The notes under the pieces are model-generated. The model had not been told where the DNA came from. It saw nothing but the letters and a program-made list of their open reading frames with translations, and searched no databases. Below, in pieces: positions 46,749 through 56,484 of a DNA stretch of 64,000 nucleotides (the stretch's first letter is position 1; every line of letters starts with the position of its first letter). The translations under genes were made by a program, and so were the position numbers. The stretch is taken from contig CAIKKJ010000061.1 of assembly GCA_903827955.1 (NCBI GenBank), positions 5,788 through 69,787 on the forward strand, given 5' to 3'. Source of the stretch: an uncultured Verrucomicrobia subdivision 3 bacterium. GTDB taxonomy: Bacteria; Verrucomicrobiota; Verrucomicrobiia; Limisphaerales; UBA11358.

Positions 46749-46782
46749 AGTCAGGCGTGCCGTTGCGCGCCTGACTTTTTTC
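46749..46782 (+). terminator. Intrinsic terminator
   Basis: AGTCAGGCG (46749..46757) - 10-nt loop - CGCCTGACT (46768..46776), followed by a T-run to 46781. Confidence 0.65.
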
Positions 46783-46807
46783 CGGCGGACGAACCCGTTC
46801 AAAGCCT

Positions 46808-49800
46808 TTGACTGAAACCTACAGCCCGCCGAAGCCGGGAGCCGGGCAACCTGGTTCCGGCTGTTTTCTTTTTCTTTTCCAACAACTCCTGCTGGCAGCA
46901 GCCTACGTCGGCACGGCCAAGCTCGGCCTGCTGCTGGCGAGCATCCACGGAAATGTTTCCCCCGTCTGGCCGGCCACCGGCGTGGCCATCGGCGCGCTGC
47001 TGCTTTTTGGCGTGCGGCTGTGGCCGGGCATTGCGCTGGGTGCGTTTGTTGGCAACGCGCTGACGCCGATTTCAAAATTGGCGGCGCTGGGCATCGGCGC
47101 CGGCAACACGCTGGAGGCCATCGTTGGCGCGCTCATTGTCATCGGGCTGAACCGGAATTCCAAACGGTTTGGCAGCGTGACCCAGCCGTTGAGTTTTGTC
47201 GCGGCGGCGGTGGTCGCGCCGTTGGTCAGCGCGACTTTTGGCGTGGTCAGCCTCGGGTGGAGCGGTGACTTGCCTTGGATGAAGGCGACGCCGGTTTGGG
47301 AAACGTGGTGGGTGGGCGATGCGTTGGGCGCGCTGATGTTGATGCCGGCGTTGCTGGCGGTGAAAGAGGCGAGGCTTTGGAAGGCGACAGAATTTTTCAA
47401 ATTTTTCCTCCTGCTGATTATCACGACGCTGGTGGGCGGGCTGGTTTTTCTAATGCCGAACGGCCACGGGTTTTTGTTCGGCATCTTTCCCCTGCTGCTG
47501 CTGGCGGTGGCGTGGCTAGGGTCGCCGGGAGTGAAATGGATGGCGGTGGTGATCACCGCCATCGCGGTGGGCGCGGCGTTCACGGGCGCGGGGCCGTTCA
47601 CGGGCGGCTCGCTCAACGAGGAACTGCTGCGGCTGCAAATGTTTCTTACTTCCGTCGCGGCGGCGGCGCTGTTCCTGCCGGCCATCCGCGCGGCGGGCAA
47701 CCTCCAACTGCCCGGACTGGTGCTGATGCTCGGCTGGCTATTGAGCGGCGGGCTGTTTTACTACCTGCAAAAAGAACGGCTCCAGTCCGACCAAAGGGAA
47801 CTGGCGCAGCTCGCCGCCGAGGCGCAAACAAAAATTTCGCAACGGATGGACATTTACACCGACGCCTTGCGCGCAGGCGTGGCGCTGTTTGCGGAATCAA
47901 AAAGCGTGACGCGGGCGGAATGGTCGGCCTTTGCCAATTCGTTGCGGCTCCACAAGCGGTATCCCGGCATTGACGGCATCGGGGTGATTTACCGCGTGCC
48001 GGACGATGACGTCACCAATTTTGTGGCCACGGTGCGAGCCGACGGCGCGCCGAATTTTGCCATCCATGATGTTCCTGACGGTGTTCGCCCGGTGATGGGA
48101 ACGAACATCCACGACCATTTTGTCATCACCTACCTCGAACCGCCGACCAATGGCGTGACGATGGTGGACAATACGCTGGCGCTGGGCTTGGACATCACCT
48201 CGGAAACGAACCGCTACATCGCCGCGTGGCGGAGCGCCACCACCGACCGGCCAATCATCACGCAGCGCATCGCGCTGCATGCCGATCCGCAACCGCGCGC
48301 CGGGTTTCATTTATATTTGCCGATTTATCAGGGTGGCCTGCAAATGCGCCGCGTCGCCGAGCGTAAGGCCAAGCTGGAAGGCTGGGTGTTCGCGCCGTTC
48401 GTCACCACGAATTTCATCAGTGGCGTGTTCCCCGAGACCAACCGCGTTTTACAGCTCAACTTTTACAGCGGCAAATCCACGCGGGCGGAAGACCTGCTCT
48501 ACACCACGCCGGGATTGCCGTTGCAGGAATCGTTCGAACAGGTGAACGAGCTGGTGCTGGGCGGGAAACCGTTCACGCTCGGCTGGAATCGCGGGCCGGA
48601 TTTTTCAGCGGCGAGTATCAGCGGGCCGTTATGGGCGGCGGTTTGCTCCGCGCTGGTCTCGCTTTTGCTGGCGGGCCTGGTGATCGTGCTGCAATCCATC
48701 AACCGCCGGGCGCTCTCGATTGTCGCCGAGCGCACGGCGGAACTGTCGCTGGCCGACGCGGCCTTGCGCGCGAGCGAGGAACGTTTCCGCCTGATGGTGG
48801 ACAGCGTGAAGGATTACGCCATTTTTATGCTCGACCCGGAAGGCCGGGTGGCCAGTTGGAATGCCAGTTCGGAACGCACCAAAGGTTATCAGGCTCACGA
48901 AATCATCGGTCGGCATTTCTCCATTTTTTATCCGCTGGAAACGCTGGCCGCCGGCCTGCCGGAACAGGCACTGGCCGAGGCGCTGGACAAGGGACATTTT
49001 GAAAACGAAGGCTGGCGCGTGCGCAATGATGGCTCGTGTTTTTTTGCCGTCGTCAGCATCACCGCCATCCGCGACGAACACGGGCGGCACAAGGGCTTTG
49101 TAATGGTGAGCCAGGACATCACTGAACGCAAACAGGTAGAGCAAGCCCAGCGCGACCTCAATCAGCAGCTCGCCGAAACCTTGCGGTTGCAAAACGGCAT
49201 CCTGGGCGCGGCCAATTACGCCATCATCTCCACGAACGCCACCGGCGTGGTGACTTCGTTCAACGCCGCCAGCGAACGCTGGCTCGGCCACACTGCCGCC
49301 GAGGTGGTCGGCAAACTGACTCCCGGCATCTGGCACGACCCGGACGAGGTGGTGGCACGCGCCAAAGTTTTATCCGCCGAACTGGGGCGCACGATTGAGC
49401 CAGGTTTTGAAACGTTCGTCGCCAAGGCTCGGCTGGGACAGACGGATGAAAATGAATGGACTTATGTTCGCAAGAATGGCAGCCGCTTTCCGGCGTCGCT
49501 CTCGGTCACGGCGCTGACGGATGGCGCGGGCATGGTCACCGGTTTTCTGGGCGTCATCTCCGACATCACCGAACGCAAGCGGGCGGAGGAACAACTGAAG
49601 GCTTCGCTGAAAGAAATCAACGATCTGAAGACGGCGCTCGATGAGCACGCGATTGTCGCCATCTCGGATGCCCGGGGGAAAATCACTTATGTGAACGACA
49701 AGTTCTGCACCATCTCCAAGTATGCGCGGGAAGAACTGCTGGGCCAGGATCACCGCCTCATCAATTCCGGCCATCATTCCAAAGAATTCATTCGCAATCT

Positions 49801-50344
49801 TTGGGTGACCGTCACGGAAGGCCGGATCTGGCGTGATGAAATGAAGAACCAAGCCAAGGATGGTTCGTTTTTTTGGGTAGACACCACCATCGTGCCGTTC
49901 CTCAATGCTGCCGGAACACCTTATCAGCATGTCATCATCCGCACCGACATCACGGAAAGCAAATTGGCGGAAGAAAAGCTTTTGGCCTCGCTCCACGAAA
50001 AAGAAGCGCTGCTCCGTGAAATCCACCACCGCGTCAAAAACAACATGCAGGTCATCTCCAGCATCCTGCAATTGCAGGCCAAATACATCAGCGACCCGCC
50101 CGCGCTGGAAGTGTTCCACGAATGTCAGGCGCGCATCCACACGATGGCGCTGATCCACGAAAAACTCTACCGCTCGGAAGATCTAGCACAGATTGATTTC
50201 AAGGAATACCTCGAAAGCCTCGTGGGCATGATGCTGCGCTCGCAGGCGCACCAGAGCGTCGGCCTGCGGTATGAATGCAGATCGAACCGCTCACGCTCGA
50301 TCTCGACACGGCCATCCCGCTCGGCCTCATCACCAACGAGCTGA
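46808..50344 (+). CDS. Sensor histidine kinase, sensory and dimerisation part: MASE1 + CHASE + multiple PAS + HisKA_2. Reading frame breaks near 50273
   Basis: N-terminal polytopic MASE1-like region, a CHASE-like periplasmic block (YPGIDGIGVIYRVPDDD...) and four PAS/PAC repeats. H-box EIHHRVKNNMQVISSILQLQ. The last ~24 codons of this ORF (CRSNRSRSISTRPSRSASSPTS) look like out-of-frame read-through. Confidence 0.85.
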   Translation: MTETYSPPKPGAGQPGSGCFLFLFQQLLLAAAYVGTAKLGLLLASIHGNVSPVWPATGVAIGALLLFGVRLWPGIALGAFVGNALTPISKLAALGIGAGNTLEAIVGALIVIGLNRNSKRFGSVTQPLSFVAAAVVAPLVSATFGVVSLGWSGDLPWMKATPVWETWWVGDALGALMLMPALLAVKEARLWKATEFFKFFLLLIITTLVGGLVFLMPNGHGFLFGIFPLLLLAVAWLGSPGVKWMAVVITAIAVGAAFTGAGPFTGGSLNEELLRLQMFLTSVAAAALFLPAIRAAGNLQLPGLVLMLGWLLSGGLFYYLQKERLQSDQRELAQLAAEAQTKISQRMDIYTDALRAGVALFAESKSVTRAEWSAFANSLRLHKRYPGIDGIGVIYRVPDDDVTNFVATVRADGAPNFAIHDVPDGVRPVMGTNIHDHFVITYLEPPTNGVTMVDNTLALGLDITSETNRYIAAWRSATTDRPIITQRIALHADPQPRAGFHLYLPIYQGGLQMRRVAERKAKLEGWVFAPFVTTNFISGVFPETNRVLQLNFYSGKSTRAEDLLYTTPGLPLQESFEQVNELVLGGKPFTLGWNRGPDFSAASISGPLWAAVCSALVSLLLAGLVIVLQSINRRALSIVAERTAELSLADAALRASEERFRLMVDSVKDYAIFMLDPEGRVASWNASSERTKGYQAHEIIGRHFSIFYPLETLAAGLPEQALAEALDKGHFENEGWRVRNDGSCFFAVVSITAIRDEHGRHKGFVMVSQDITERKQVEQAQRDLNQQLAETLRLQNGILGAANYAIISTNATGVVTSFNAASERWLGHTAAEVVGKLTPGIWHDPDEVVARAKVLSAELGRTIEPGFETFVAKARLGQTDENEWTYVRKNGSRFPASLSVTALTDGAGMVTGFLGVISDITERKRAEEQLKASLKEINDLKTALDEHAIVAISDARGKITYVNDKFCTISKYAREELLGQDHRLINSGHHSKEFIRNLWVTVTEGRIWRDEMKNQAKDGSFFWVDTTIVPFLNAAGTPYQHVIIRTDITESKLAEEKLLASLHEKEALLREIHHRVKNNMQVISSILQLQAKYISDPPALEVFHECQARIHTMALIHEKLYRSEDLAQIDFKEYLESLVGMMLRSQAHQSVGLRYECRSNRSRSISTRPSRSASSPTS

Positions 50345-50619
50345 TTTCCAACTGCCTCAAACACGCCTTCGCCGGACGTCAGAATGGAGTTGTGCGCGTG
50401 TTTTTAAGAAAGTATAACCCCCAAGTATTTCAACTGATCGTGCAGGATGACGGCGTCGGCCTGCCGCCGGAGTTTGACCCGGAAAAAACCAAATCACTCG
50501 GCGTGCGGCTGGTAAAAATCTTGAGCGCGCAGATCAAAGGCCGTCTGGAATTCCAAAGCACCGGCGGCACCGAATTCGCCGTGACCGTTGACAACCGAAC
50601 CGACTTGCACACCAAATGA
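50275..50619 (+). CDS. HATPase_c domain belonging to the preceding kinase, in the -1 frame (split or frameshifted gene)
   Basis: MQIEPLTLDLDTAIPLGLITNELISNCLKHAF...VQDDGVGLP...LGVRLVKILSAQIKGRLEF carries the N, G1 and G2 boxes of the HisKA_2/HWE-type ATPase. ATGA overlap with the downstream regulator. Confidence 0.8.
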   Translation: MQIEPLTLDLDTAIPLGLITNELISNCLKHAFAGRQNGVVRVFLRKYNPQVFQLIVQDDGVGLPPEFDPEKTKSLGVRLVKILSAQIKGRLEFQSTGGTEFAVTVDNRTDLHTK

Positions 50620-51326
50620 ATCTCCACCTAAAAAAACCGCGCATCCTCGTTGTCGAGGATGAAGCCATCGTCGCCGCCGACATCCAAGACCGGCTCCAAT
50701 TGCTTGGCTACGAGGTGGTCGGCGTTGCCGACACCGGACCGATGGCGATTGAAAAAGCCGCCGCCCTGAAGCCCGACCTCATCCTGATGGACATCATGCT
50801 CAAAGGCGAGATGCCGGGCACCGAAGCCGCCGGCCACATCCGCGCCCAGTTGCATCTCCCGGTCATCTACCTCACCGCCAGTTCCAACCAGGAAATCTTT
50901 CTCCGCGCCCGCGCCACCGAACCGTTCGGCTTCATCCTCAAACCGTTCGAGGAAGTTTCGCTCAAGGCTAACATCGAGATCGCGCTCTACAAACACCGCA
51001 TGGAACGCGAACGCGAAGATTTGCTCCGGCAGTTGCAAGCCGCACTGGCCGAAGTCAAGACCTTGAGCGGGCTGCTGCCCATCTGCTGCAGCTGCAAAAA
51101 AATTCGTGATGACTCGGGCTATTGGAACCAGATCGAAACCTACCTCATAAAACACACCGACGCTTCGTTCACCCACAGCTTTTGCAACGAATGCGCCGTC
51201 AAATTTTATGATGACAGCGGCCTGGAAGTGCCCCCCGACATGCGCGCCGCCGCCCAGCTTGCCCCGCAGGAAGTGGCGCAGAACAATCAATCCCACCCGA
51301 AAAACCCGGAGCCGTCCGGCGGCTAG
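50616..51326 (+). CDS. Response regulator: REC domain + Cys-rich LPICxxCKKIRDDxGYW C-terminal module
   Basis: REC domain (ILVVEDEAIVAADI...LILMDIMLKGEMPG...LTASS...ILKPF). C-terminal LLPICCSCKKIRDDSGYWNQIETYLIKHTDASFTHSFCNEC. Confidence 0.9.
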   Translation: MNLHLKKPRILVVEDEAIVAADIQDRLQLLGYEVVGVADTGPMAIEKAAALKPDLILMDIMLKGEMPGTEAAGHIRAQLHLPVIYLTASSNQEIFLRARATEPFGFILKPFEEVSLKANIEIALYKHRMEREREDLLRQLQAALAEVKTLSGLLPICCSCKKIRDDSGYWNQIETYLIKHTDASFTHSFCNECAVKFYDDSGLEVPPDMRAAAQLAPQEVAQNNQSHPKNPEPSGG

Positions 51327-52237
51327 AAAACTTCCGCGCGCAGCCCGGTTTGCTGGCGGACTGTCTGCGCGATCTGCGAAAGCACGCGCAGCGGCAGGTG
51401 TCCCCATTCAGAACTCGCCCCGGGCCGCGCGGCGGAATAAATCTGCACCAGCGAAATCTGCGCGCCGTCGTCCTTCAATTCCTTGAGGCGCTGCGCGTAT
51501 TGTTTTATTTCCTCAGCCGGCGGTTCATCGCCTTGAATGGCGGCGAACAAACTTTGAATCACCACCGGGCGCTGACGTCCCACTAGCAGGATGTTGGCGA
51601 GGATTTTTTCCAGTTTCACATCCGGCCGGTTCACTTTGTTCAAAAAAACCTGTGTGCCGCCGTCCAGCTTGATCCAGATTTCATCCGACTTCGTCAAAAA
51701 CTCCAAACCGTGCTGCACCTCCGGTAAATCAAGTCCCGTTCCGTTCGTGATGAGCACGATTTTGAAAAACCCGCCCAGCGCACGAACACGGACAACCGCC
51801 TCCAGTGCCTCTTTAAAATTGGTCGCGAGTGTCGGCTCGCCGTCACCGCTCAATGCGACATGCCGCAGTCTTAGCAGTTCCTCAGGCAAAAACCGGTAGC
51901 CTGGCCGCAGCCGCAGTTGTCCCAGCTCCACCTCGCGCAAGGCGCGGCGCAACTCTGTCGCCATCACCTCCACCGCCAGCCTCCGTTCGGTCGGGACACC
52001 ACCTCGGTCAACCTCACAATACGCGCAATCAAAGTTGCAACGCCGGTCGGGATTCATGTTCACCCCCAGCGACAGCCCGCCAGCCCGGGACGAGATGACG
52101 GCATAGACGAAACGGTCTCCGAGCGTATCCTTGGGCCGGTTGAAAACCGATTCTCGCAACGGCGTGTGAAACACCAGCGGCTGTTTCTTTTTCAGCGCTT
52201 GTATCATCGTATCGGATTTGGAAATGACAGCATCCAC
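51323..52237 (-). CDS. Radical SAM protein (function unknown)
   Basis: CNFDCAYC (CX3CX2C) at ~aa 70 and a GDGEPTL glycine-rich SAM motif. GTG start at 52237; an alternative ATG lies at 52207. Confidence 0.8.
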   Translation of the reverse strand: MDAVISKSDTMIQALKKKQPLVFHTPLRESVFNRPKDTLGDRFVYAVISSRAGGLSLGVNMNPDRRCNFDCAYCEVDRGGVPTERRLAVEVMATELRRALREVELGQLRLRPGYRFLPEELLRLRHVALSGDGEPTLATNFKEALEAVVRVRALGGFFKIVLITNGTGLDLPEVQHGLEFLTKSDEIWIKLDGGTQVFLNKVNRPDVKLEKILANILLVGRQRPVVIQSLFAAIQGDEPPAEEIKQYAQRLKELKDDGAQISLVQIYSAARPGASSEWGHLPLRVLSQIAQTVRQQTGLRAEVF

Positions 52238-52503
52238 AACTTCGCCACATTAGGCCCAACGACTAGCGGTCACCACACAATGCTTGCGGAAAAGCAGAAC
52301 AATTTTGCCCAATGCGCATTCACCGGCGGCACACATTTTTTGCTAAAGTAATGACATTTTTGGGGAATATATCCGCAACCCGTTGGCAATTTATCTAATT
52401 GTGCTACGCTGTCTGCATTAATCTTTCGAATACATCATCGCCGATCAAACTTCCCAGACACGACCGCACCGCGTGGTTGAAAGGCGGTGAATCTCTCTGC
52501 CAG

Positions 52504-53193
52504 ATGCCGGCGCGCATCCCGAATGGAAAGCCGCTCCGGCTGGTATTGCTCGGCGCGCCCGGCGTGGGCAAAGGCACACAGGCAGAAATGATCCACGAGC
52601 GTTTTGGTGCGTGCCAACTTTCAACCGGCGATGTTTTTCGTGATGAAAAAATATCCTGCGAAGAAAACTTGTCCGTCACCGGCCGCGCCGCGCTCGACTT
52701 CATGCGCCGAGGTGCGCTGGTGCCGGACGACACAGTTTTGGCAATTGTCACCGAACGTATCCGCTGCCTGCGCTGTTCCGGCGGTTTTCTATTGGATGGC
52801 TTTCCGCGAACGGTTGCTCAAGCCGAGGCTTTGGAGAAACTATTACAATCCGAAAACATTTCGCTCGATGCCGTGATCAACTATGACCTACCGCTGGAAA
52901 AAATCATCACGCGACTTTCCGGCCGCCGCACCTGCGCCCATTGCAAGGCCGTCTATCACCTCGCCTCGCAGCCATCGCAACGCCCCGGCGTCTGTGATGG
53001 TTGTGGCGCCAAACTGATCCAGCGTGAGGATGACCGGCCGGAATCAGTTCAGGTCCGCATGGCGGCCTACGAACAAAACACCCGTCCGTTGATTGACTTC
53101 TACGCCGAGCGCAAACTGTTGCGCACCGTCACCGCCACCGGCAGCCCGCAGGAAATTTTCCGCCGCACTTGCCTCGGCGTGCTTGGGGTTTGA
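52504..53193 (+). CDS. adk: Adenylate kinase (Zn-lid type)
   Basis: LVLLGAPGVGKGTQAEMI (P-loop), GFLLDGFPRTVAQAEAL, and lid CAHCKAVYH...CDGCGAKL. Start taken at ATG 52504. Confidence 0.9.
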   Translation: MPARIPNGKPLRLVLLGAPGVGKGTQAEMIHERFGACQLSTGDVFRDEKISCEENLSVTGRAALDFMRRGALVPDDTVLAIVTERIRCLRCSGGFLLDGFPRTVAQAEALEKLLQSENISLDAVINYDLPLEKIITRLSGRRTCAHCKAVYHLASQPSQRPGVCDGCGAKLIQREDDRPESVQVRMAAYEQNTRPLIDFYAERKLLRTVTATGSPQEIFRRTCLGVLGV

Positions 53194-53327
53194 GGGTCAG
53201 CGCTCGCCAATTCTTGCAAATAGAAAAACAAACCGCGGCCAGACCTTTCGGCGCCTTTAAATCAGTTTTACTGTGTGAACAGTTTTTTTAGTTCAGTTAG
53301 TTTAATTTTGAAACGATAACAAAACAT

Positions 53328-55898
53328 ATGCTATCCAACAAAACAACCCGGCTGGCCACGACGGTTGGCAGCCTGCTCGCCTCCGCCGCCTCGCTGCACG
53401 CCAGTGATGCCGACCTCAAGATTCCGCCGCTCGACGCGGTGAAATTCGATTCGCTCGGCGGTGCCAGCGGCGTAACGATGATGTGGCTGGGACTCCTGTT
53501 GTGCGCCGGCGGTGCAGCCTTCGGCATCGCGCAGTTTCGCCAGACACAACGGTTGCCGGTCCATGCGGCCATGGCCAGCGTTTCCAAAATGATTTGGGAA
53601 ACTTGCAAAACGTATCTGTGGCAACAGGGAAAATTTCTCGCCGCACTCTGGCTGCTGATCGCGGGGTGCATGATTTATTATTTTGGCTTCCTCACCGAGC
53701 ACATTGACCCCGTCACCAAACAGTCGCTCACAACTGGCCAGGTGGTTGGCCAGACGCTGATCATCCTCTGCTGTTCCGTGCTTGGCATCCTCGGCAGCTA
53801 TGGCGTCGCGTGGTTTGGCATCCGCATCAACACCACCGCCAACTCACGCACGGCGTTCGCCGCCCTGCGCGGCAATCCAATCAGTATCATCGGCATCCCG
53901 TTGCGTTCCGGCATGAGCATCGGCCTACTGCTCGTCTGCGTGGAACTTTTTTTCATGATTTCCATTTTGATTTTTTTGCCGGGCAATCTGATCGGCCCGT
54001 GCTTCATCGGTTTTGCCATCGGCGAATCGCTCGGCGCAAGCGTGCTGCGCATCGGCGGCGGCATCTTCACCAAAATCGCCGACATCGGCAGTGACCTGAT
54101 GAAAATCATTTTCAAGCTGCCGGAGGACGACCCGAAAAATCCCGGCGTCATCGCTGATTGCACGGGTGACAACGCCGGCGATTCCGTCGGCCCAACCGCC
54201 GACGGCTTCGAAACCTATGGCGTGACCGGCGTGGCGCTCATCGCGTTCCTTGCGTTTGCGCTGGCCGATTCGCCGCTGGTTTGCGCGACGCTCATCGTGT
54301 GGCTGTTTGTGATGCGGGCGCTAATGATTGGCACATCGCTCATTTCATATTTTATAAACGACGCCGTGACGCGCGCCAAATTCAGTGGTCAACGTGATTT
54401 CGATTTTGAAATTCCGCTGACCAATCTGGTCTGGATCACGTCGCTAACTTCCATCGGCGTCACCTTCGCCGCAAGCTGGCTGCTGCTCGCGCATCAATCC
54501 GGCATGAACGGCAAATTGTGGTGGGTTTTATCAGCCATTGTTTCGTGCGGCACGATTGCAGGGGCGCTAATTCCTGAATTCACAAGAGTTTTCACCAGCA
54601 CGCATTCGCAGCACGTCAAGGAAATCACGACCTGCTCGAAAAACGGCGGCGCTTCGCTGAACATTTTGTCCGGCTTCGTGGCGGGAAACTATTCCGCGTT
54701 CTGGATGGGCCTGTGCATCCTTGGCCTGATGCTCGCCGGCTGGCTGATCGCGACCTTCGATGGTTCGCCCATCGTGGCGTTGATGCCGGAAAAATTTATT
54801 TTCGCCGCACCGATTTTTGCGTTCGGCCTTGTCGCGTTTGGATTTCTGGGAATGGGGCCGGTGACGATTGCCGTAGATAGCTACGGGCCGGTGACGGACA
54901 ACGCGCAATCCGTTTATGAATTGAGTCGCATCGAGGCGCAACCAAATGTGGCGCGGGAAATCCAAAACCAGTTCGGCTTCAAGCCAGACTTTGAAAATGC
55001 CAAGCATCAGCTCGAGAAAAACGACGGCGCGGGCAACACCTTCAAGGCCACGGCTAAGCCGGTGCTCATCGGCACGGCGGTCGTCGGCGCAACGACGATG
55101 GTGTTCGGCATCATCATATTGCTCGAAAACATGTTCGGCGGCGTGGTCGCGCACTTGAGCTTGGTGCAGCCGGAAATCATCCTCGGCCTGCTGATGGGCG
55201 GCGCGGTGATTTACTGGTTCACCGGCGCGTCTTGTCAAGCGGTCGTCACCGGCGCATATCGCGCCGTCGTGTTCATCCAAAAAAATATCAAGCTCGACGC
55301 CACCACCGCTTCGGAAAAAGATAGCAAGGAGGTCGTCCGGATCTGCACGGTTTATGCGCAAAAAGGAATGTGGAATATCTTCATCGTGATTTTCTGTCTG
55401 ACGCTGTCGCTGGCGTTTTTTAATCCGTATTTCTTCATCGGCTACCTTGTGGCCATCGCGTTCTTCGGATTATTCCAGGCAATTTTCATGGCCAACGCCG
55501 GCGGCGCGTGGGACAACGCAAAAAAAATCGTCGAGGTGGATTTGAAAATGAAGGGCACGGCGTTGCACGCGGCGACGATTGTGGGCGACACCGTGGGCGA
55601 CCCATTCAAAGACACGTCCTCCGTCGCGCTAAATCCCGTAATCAAATTCACCACGTTATTCGGCCTGCTCGCGGTAGAGATCGCGGTGACGATGCAAAAT
55701 AAACATTTGAAGCTGCTCATCGCCTGCGTATTTCTCGCAATCGCGCTGAAGTTCGTCCACCGCTCCTTCTACGGAATGCGGATTCCGGAGGAAAATTTAT
55801 TTAGCGAAGCGACAACAAAAACCACCACGACCAACGAGTCCACCAAGACGGCGACCAACAGTTTTATTGCAGAAAACGACGTCACCCTCAAATTATAA
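53328..55898 (+). CDS. hppA: Membrane-bound pyrophosphate-energised cation pump (H+/Na+-PPase)
   Basis: 856-aa polytopic ORF. FTKIADIGSDL, DCTGDNAGDSVGPTADGFETYG, GGAWDNAKK and GDTVGDPFKDTSSVALNPVIKF are PPase signature regions. Confidence 0.9.
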   Translation: MLSNKTTRLATTVGSLLASAASLHASDADLKIPPLDAVKFDSLGGASGVTMMWLGLLLCAGGAAFGIAQFRQTQRLPVHAAMASVSKMIWETCKTYLWQQGKFLAALWLLIAGCMIYYFGFLTEHIDPVTKQSLTTGQVVGQTLIILCCSVLGILGSYGVAWFGIRINTTANSRTAFAALRGNPISIIGIPLRSGMSIGLLLVCVELFFMISILIFLPGNLIGPCFIGFAIGESLGASVLRIGGGIFTKIADIGSDLMKIIFKLPEDDPKNPGVIADCTGDNAGDSVGPTADGFETYGVTGVALIAFLAFALADSPLVCATLIVWLFVMRALMIGTSLISYFINDAVTRAKFSGQRDFDFEIPLTNLVWITSLTSIGVTFAASWLLLAHQSGMNGKLWWVLSAIVSCGTIAGALIPEFTRVFTSTHSQHVKEITTCSKNGGASLNILSGFVAGNYSAFWMGLCILGLMLAGWLIATFDGSPIVALMPEKFIFAAPIFAFGLVAFGFLGMGPVTIAVDSYGPVTDNAQSVYELSRIEAQPNVAREIQNQFGFKPDFENAKHQLEKNDGAGNTFKATAKPVLIGTAVVGATTMVFGIIILLENMFGGVVAHLSLVQPEIILGLLMGGAVIYWFTGASCQAVVTGAYRAVVFIQKNIKLDATTASEKDSKEVVRICTVYAQKGMWNIFIVIFCLTLSLAFFNPYFFIGYLVAIAFFGLFQAIFMANAGGAWDNAKKIVEVDLKMKGTALHAATIVGDTVGDPFKDTSSVALNPVIKFTTLFGLLAVEIAVTMQNKHLKLLIACVFLAIALKFVHRSFYGMRIPEENLFSEATTKTTTTNESTKTATNSFIAENDVTLKL

Positions 55899-55902
55899 AA
55901 CC

Positions 55903-56484
55903 ATGCTCACCGAACACACACTCGATAAATTCCCGCTGTCGCTAAAATTGCGCGACGGCACACACATTACCGTCCGTCCTCTGGCAAAACGCGACGACGT
56001 GCGGCTCCACAAATTTCTCCTCTCGGTGCCGGAAGAGGAACGGTTGTTCATAAAGCAGCCGATTCTCAACCGCGAAGTCGTCCGCCAATGGTGTCGGCAG
56101 GCGGACTTTGACCGCAACCTCCCGTTGCTCATGTTGCACGGACAAAAAATCATCGGCGAAGCCACACTGCATCAACGGCTCGGCGGTTGGAAGCGACACA
56201 TCGGGTTGATCACCCTGCTCACCCACCCAGAGTATCGCGGACGCGACGTCTCAAAAATTTTGGTCGGCGAACTGATGGAGATCGCGCGGCATTGCGGATT
56301 AAGGCGGCTGGAAGCCGAGGTCAACGGCGAGCGCAAGATCGCACTCAAAACGCTCTCGCACCTCGGCTTCAGCCCGCTGATGCACTTGCCGGATTATGTC
56401 GTGGACATGAAGGCCGTGACGCACGACTACGTCTTGCTGGGACTAAATCTCAAAACGGACGACGAATTTCTCGGCGTGGGCTAG
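55903..56484 (+). CDS. GNAT-family N-acetyltransferase
   Basis: Start taken at ATG 55903. Acetyl-CoA binding region HPEYRGRDVSKILVGELMEIARHCGLRRLEAEV. Confidence 0.8.
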   Translation: MLTEHTLDKFPLSLKLRDGTHITVRPLAKRDDVRLHKFLLSVPEEERLFIKQPILNREVVRQWCRQADFDRNLPLLMLHGQKIIGEATLHQRLGGWKRHIGLITLLTHPEYRGRDVSKILVGELMEIARHCGLRRLEAEVNGERKIALKTLSHLGFSPLMHLPDYVVDMKAVTHDYVLLGLNLKTDDEFLGVG

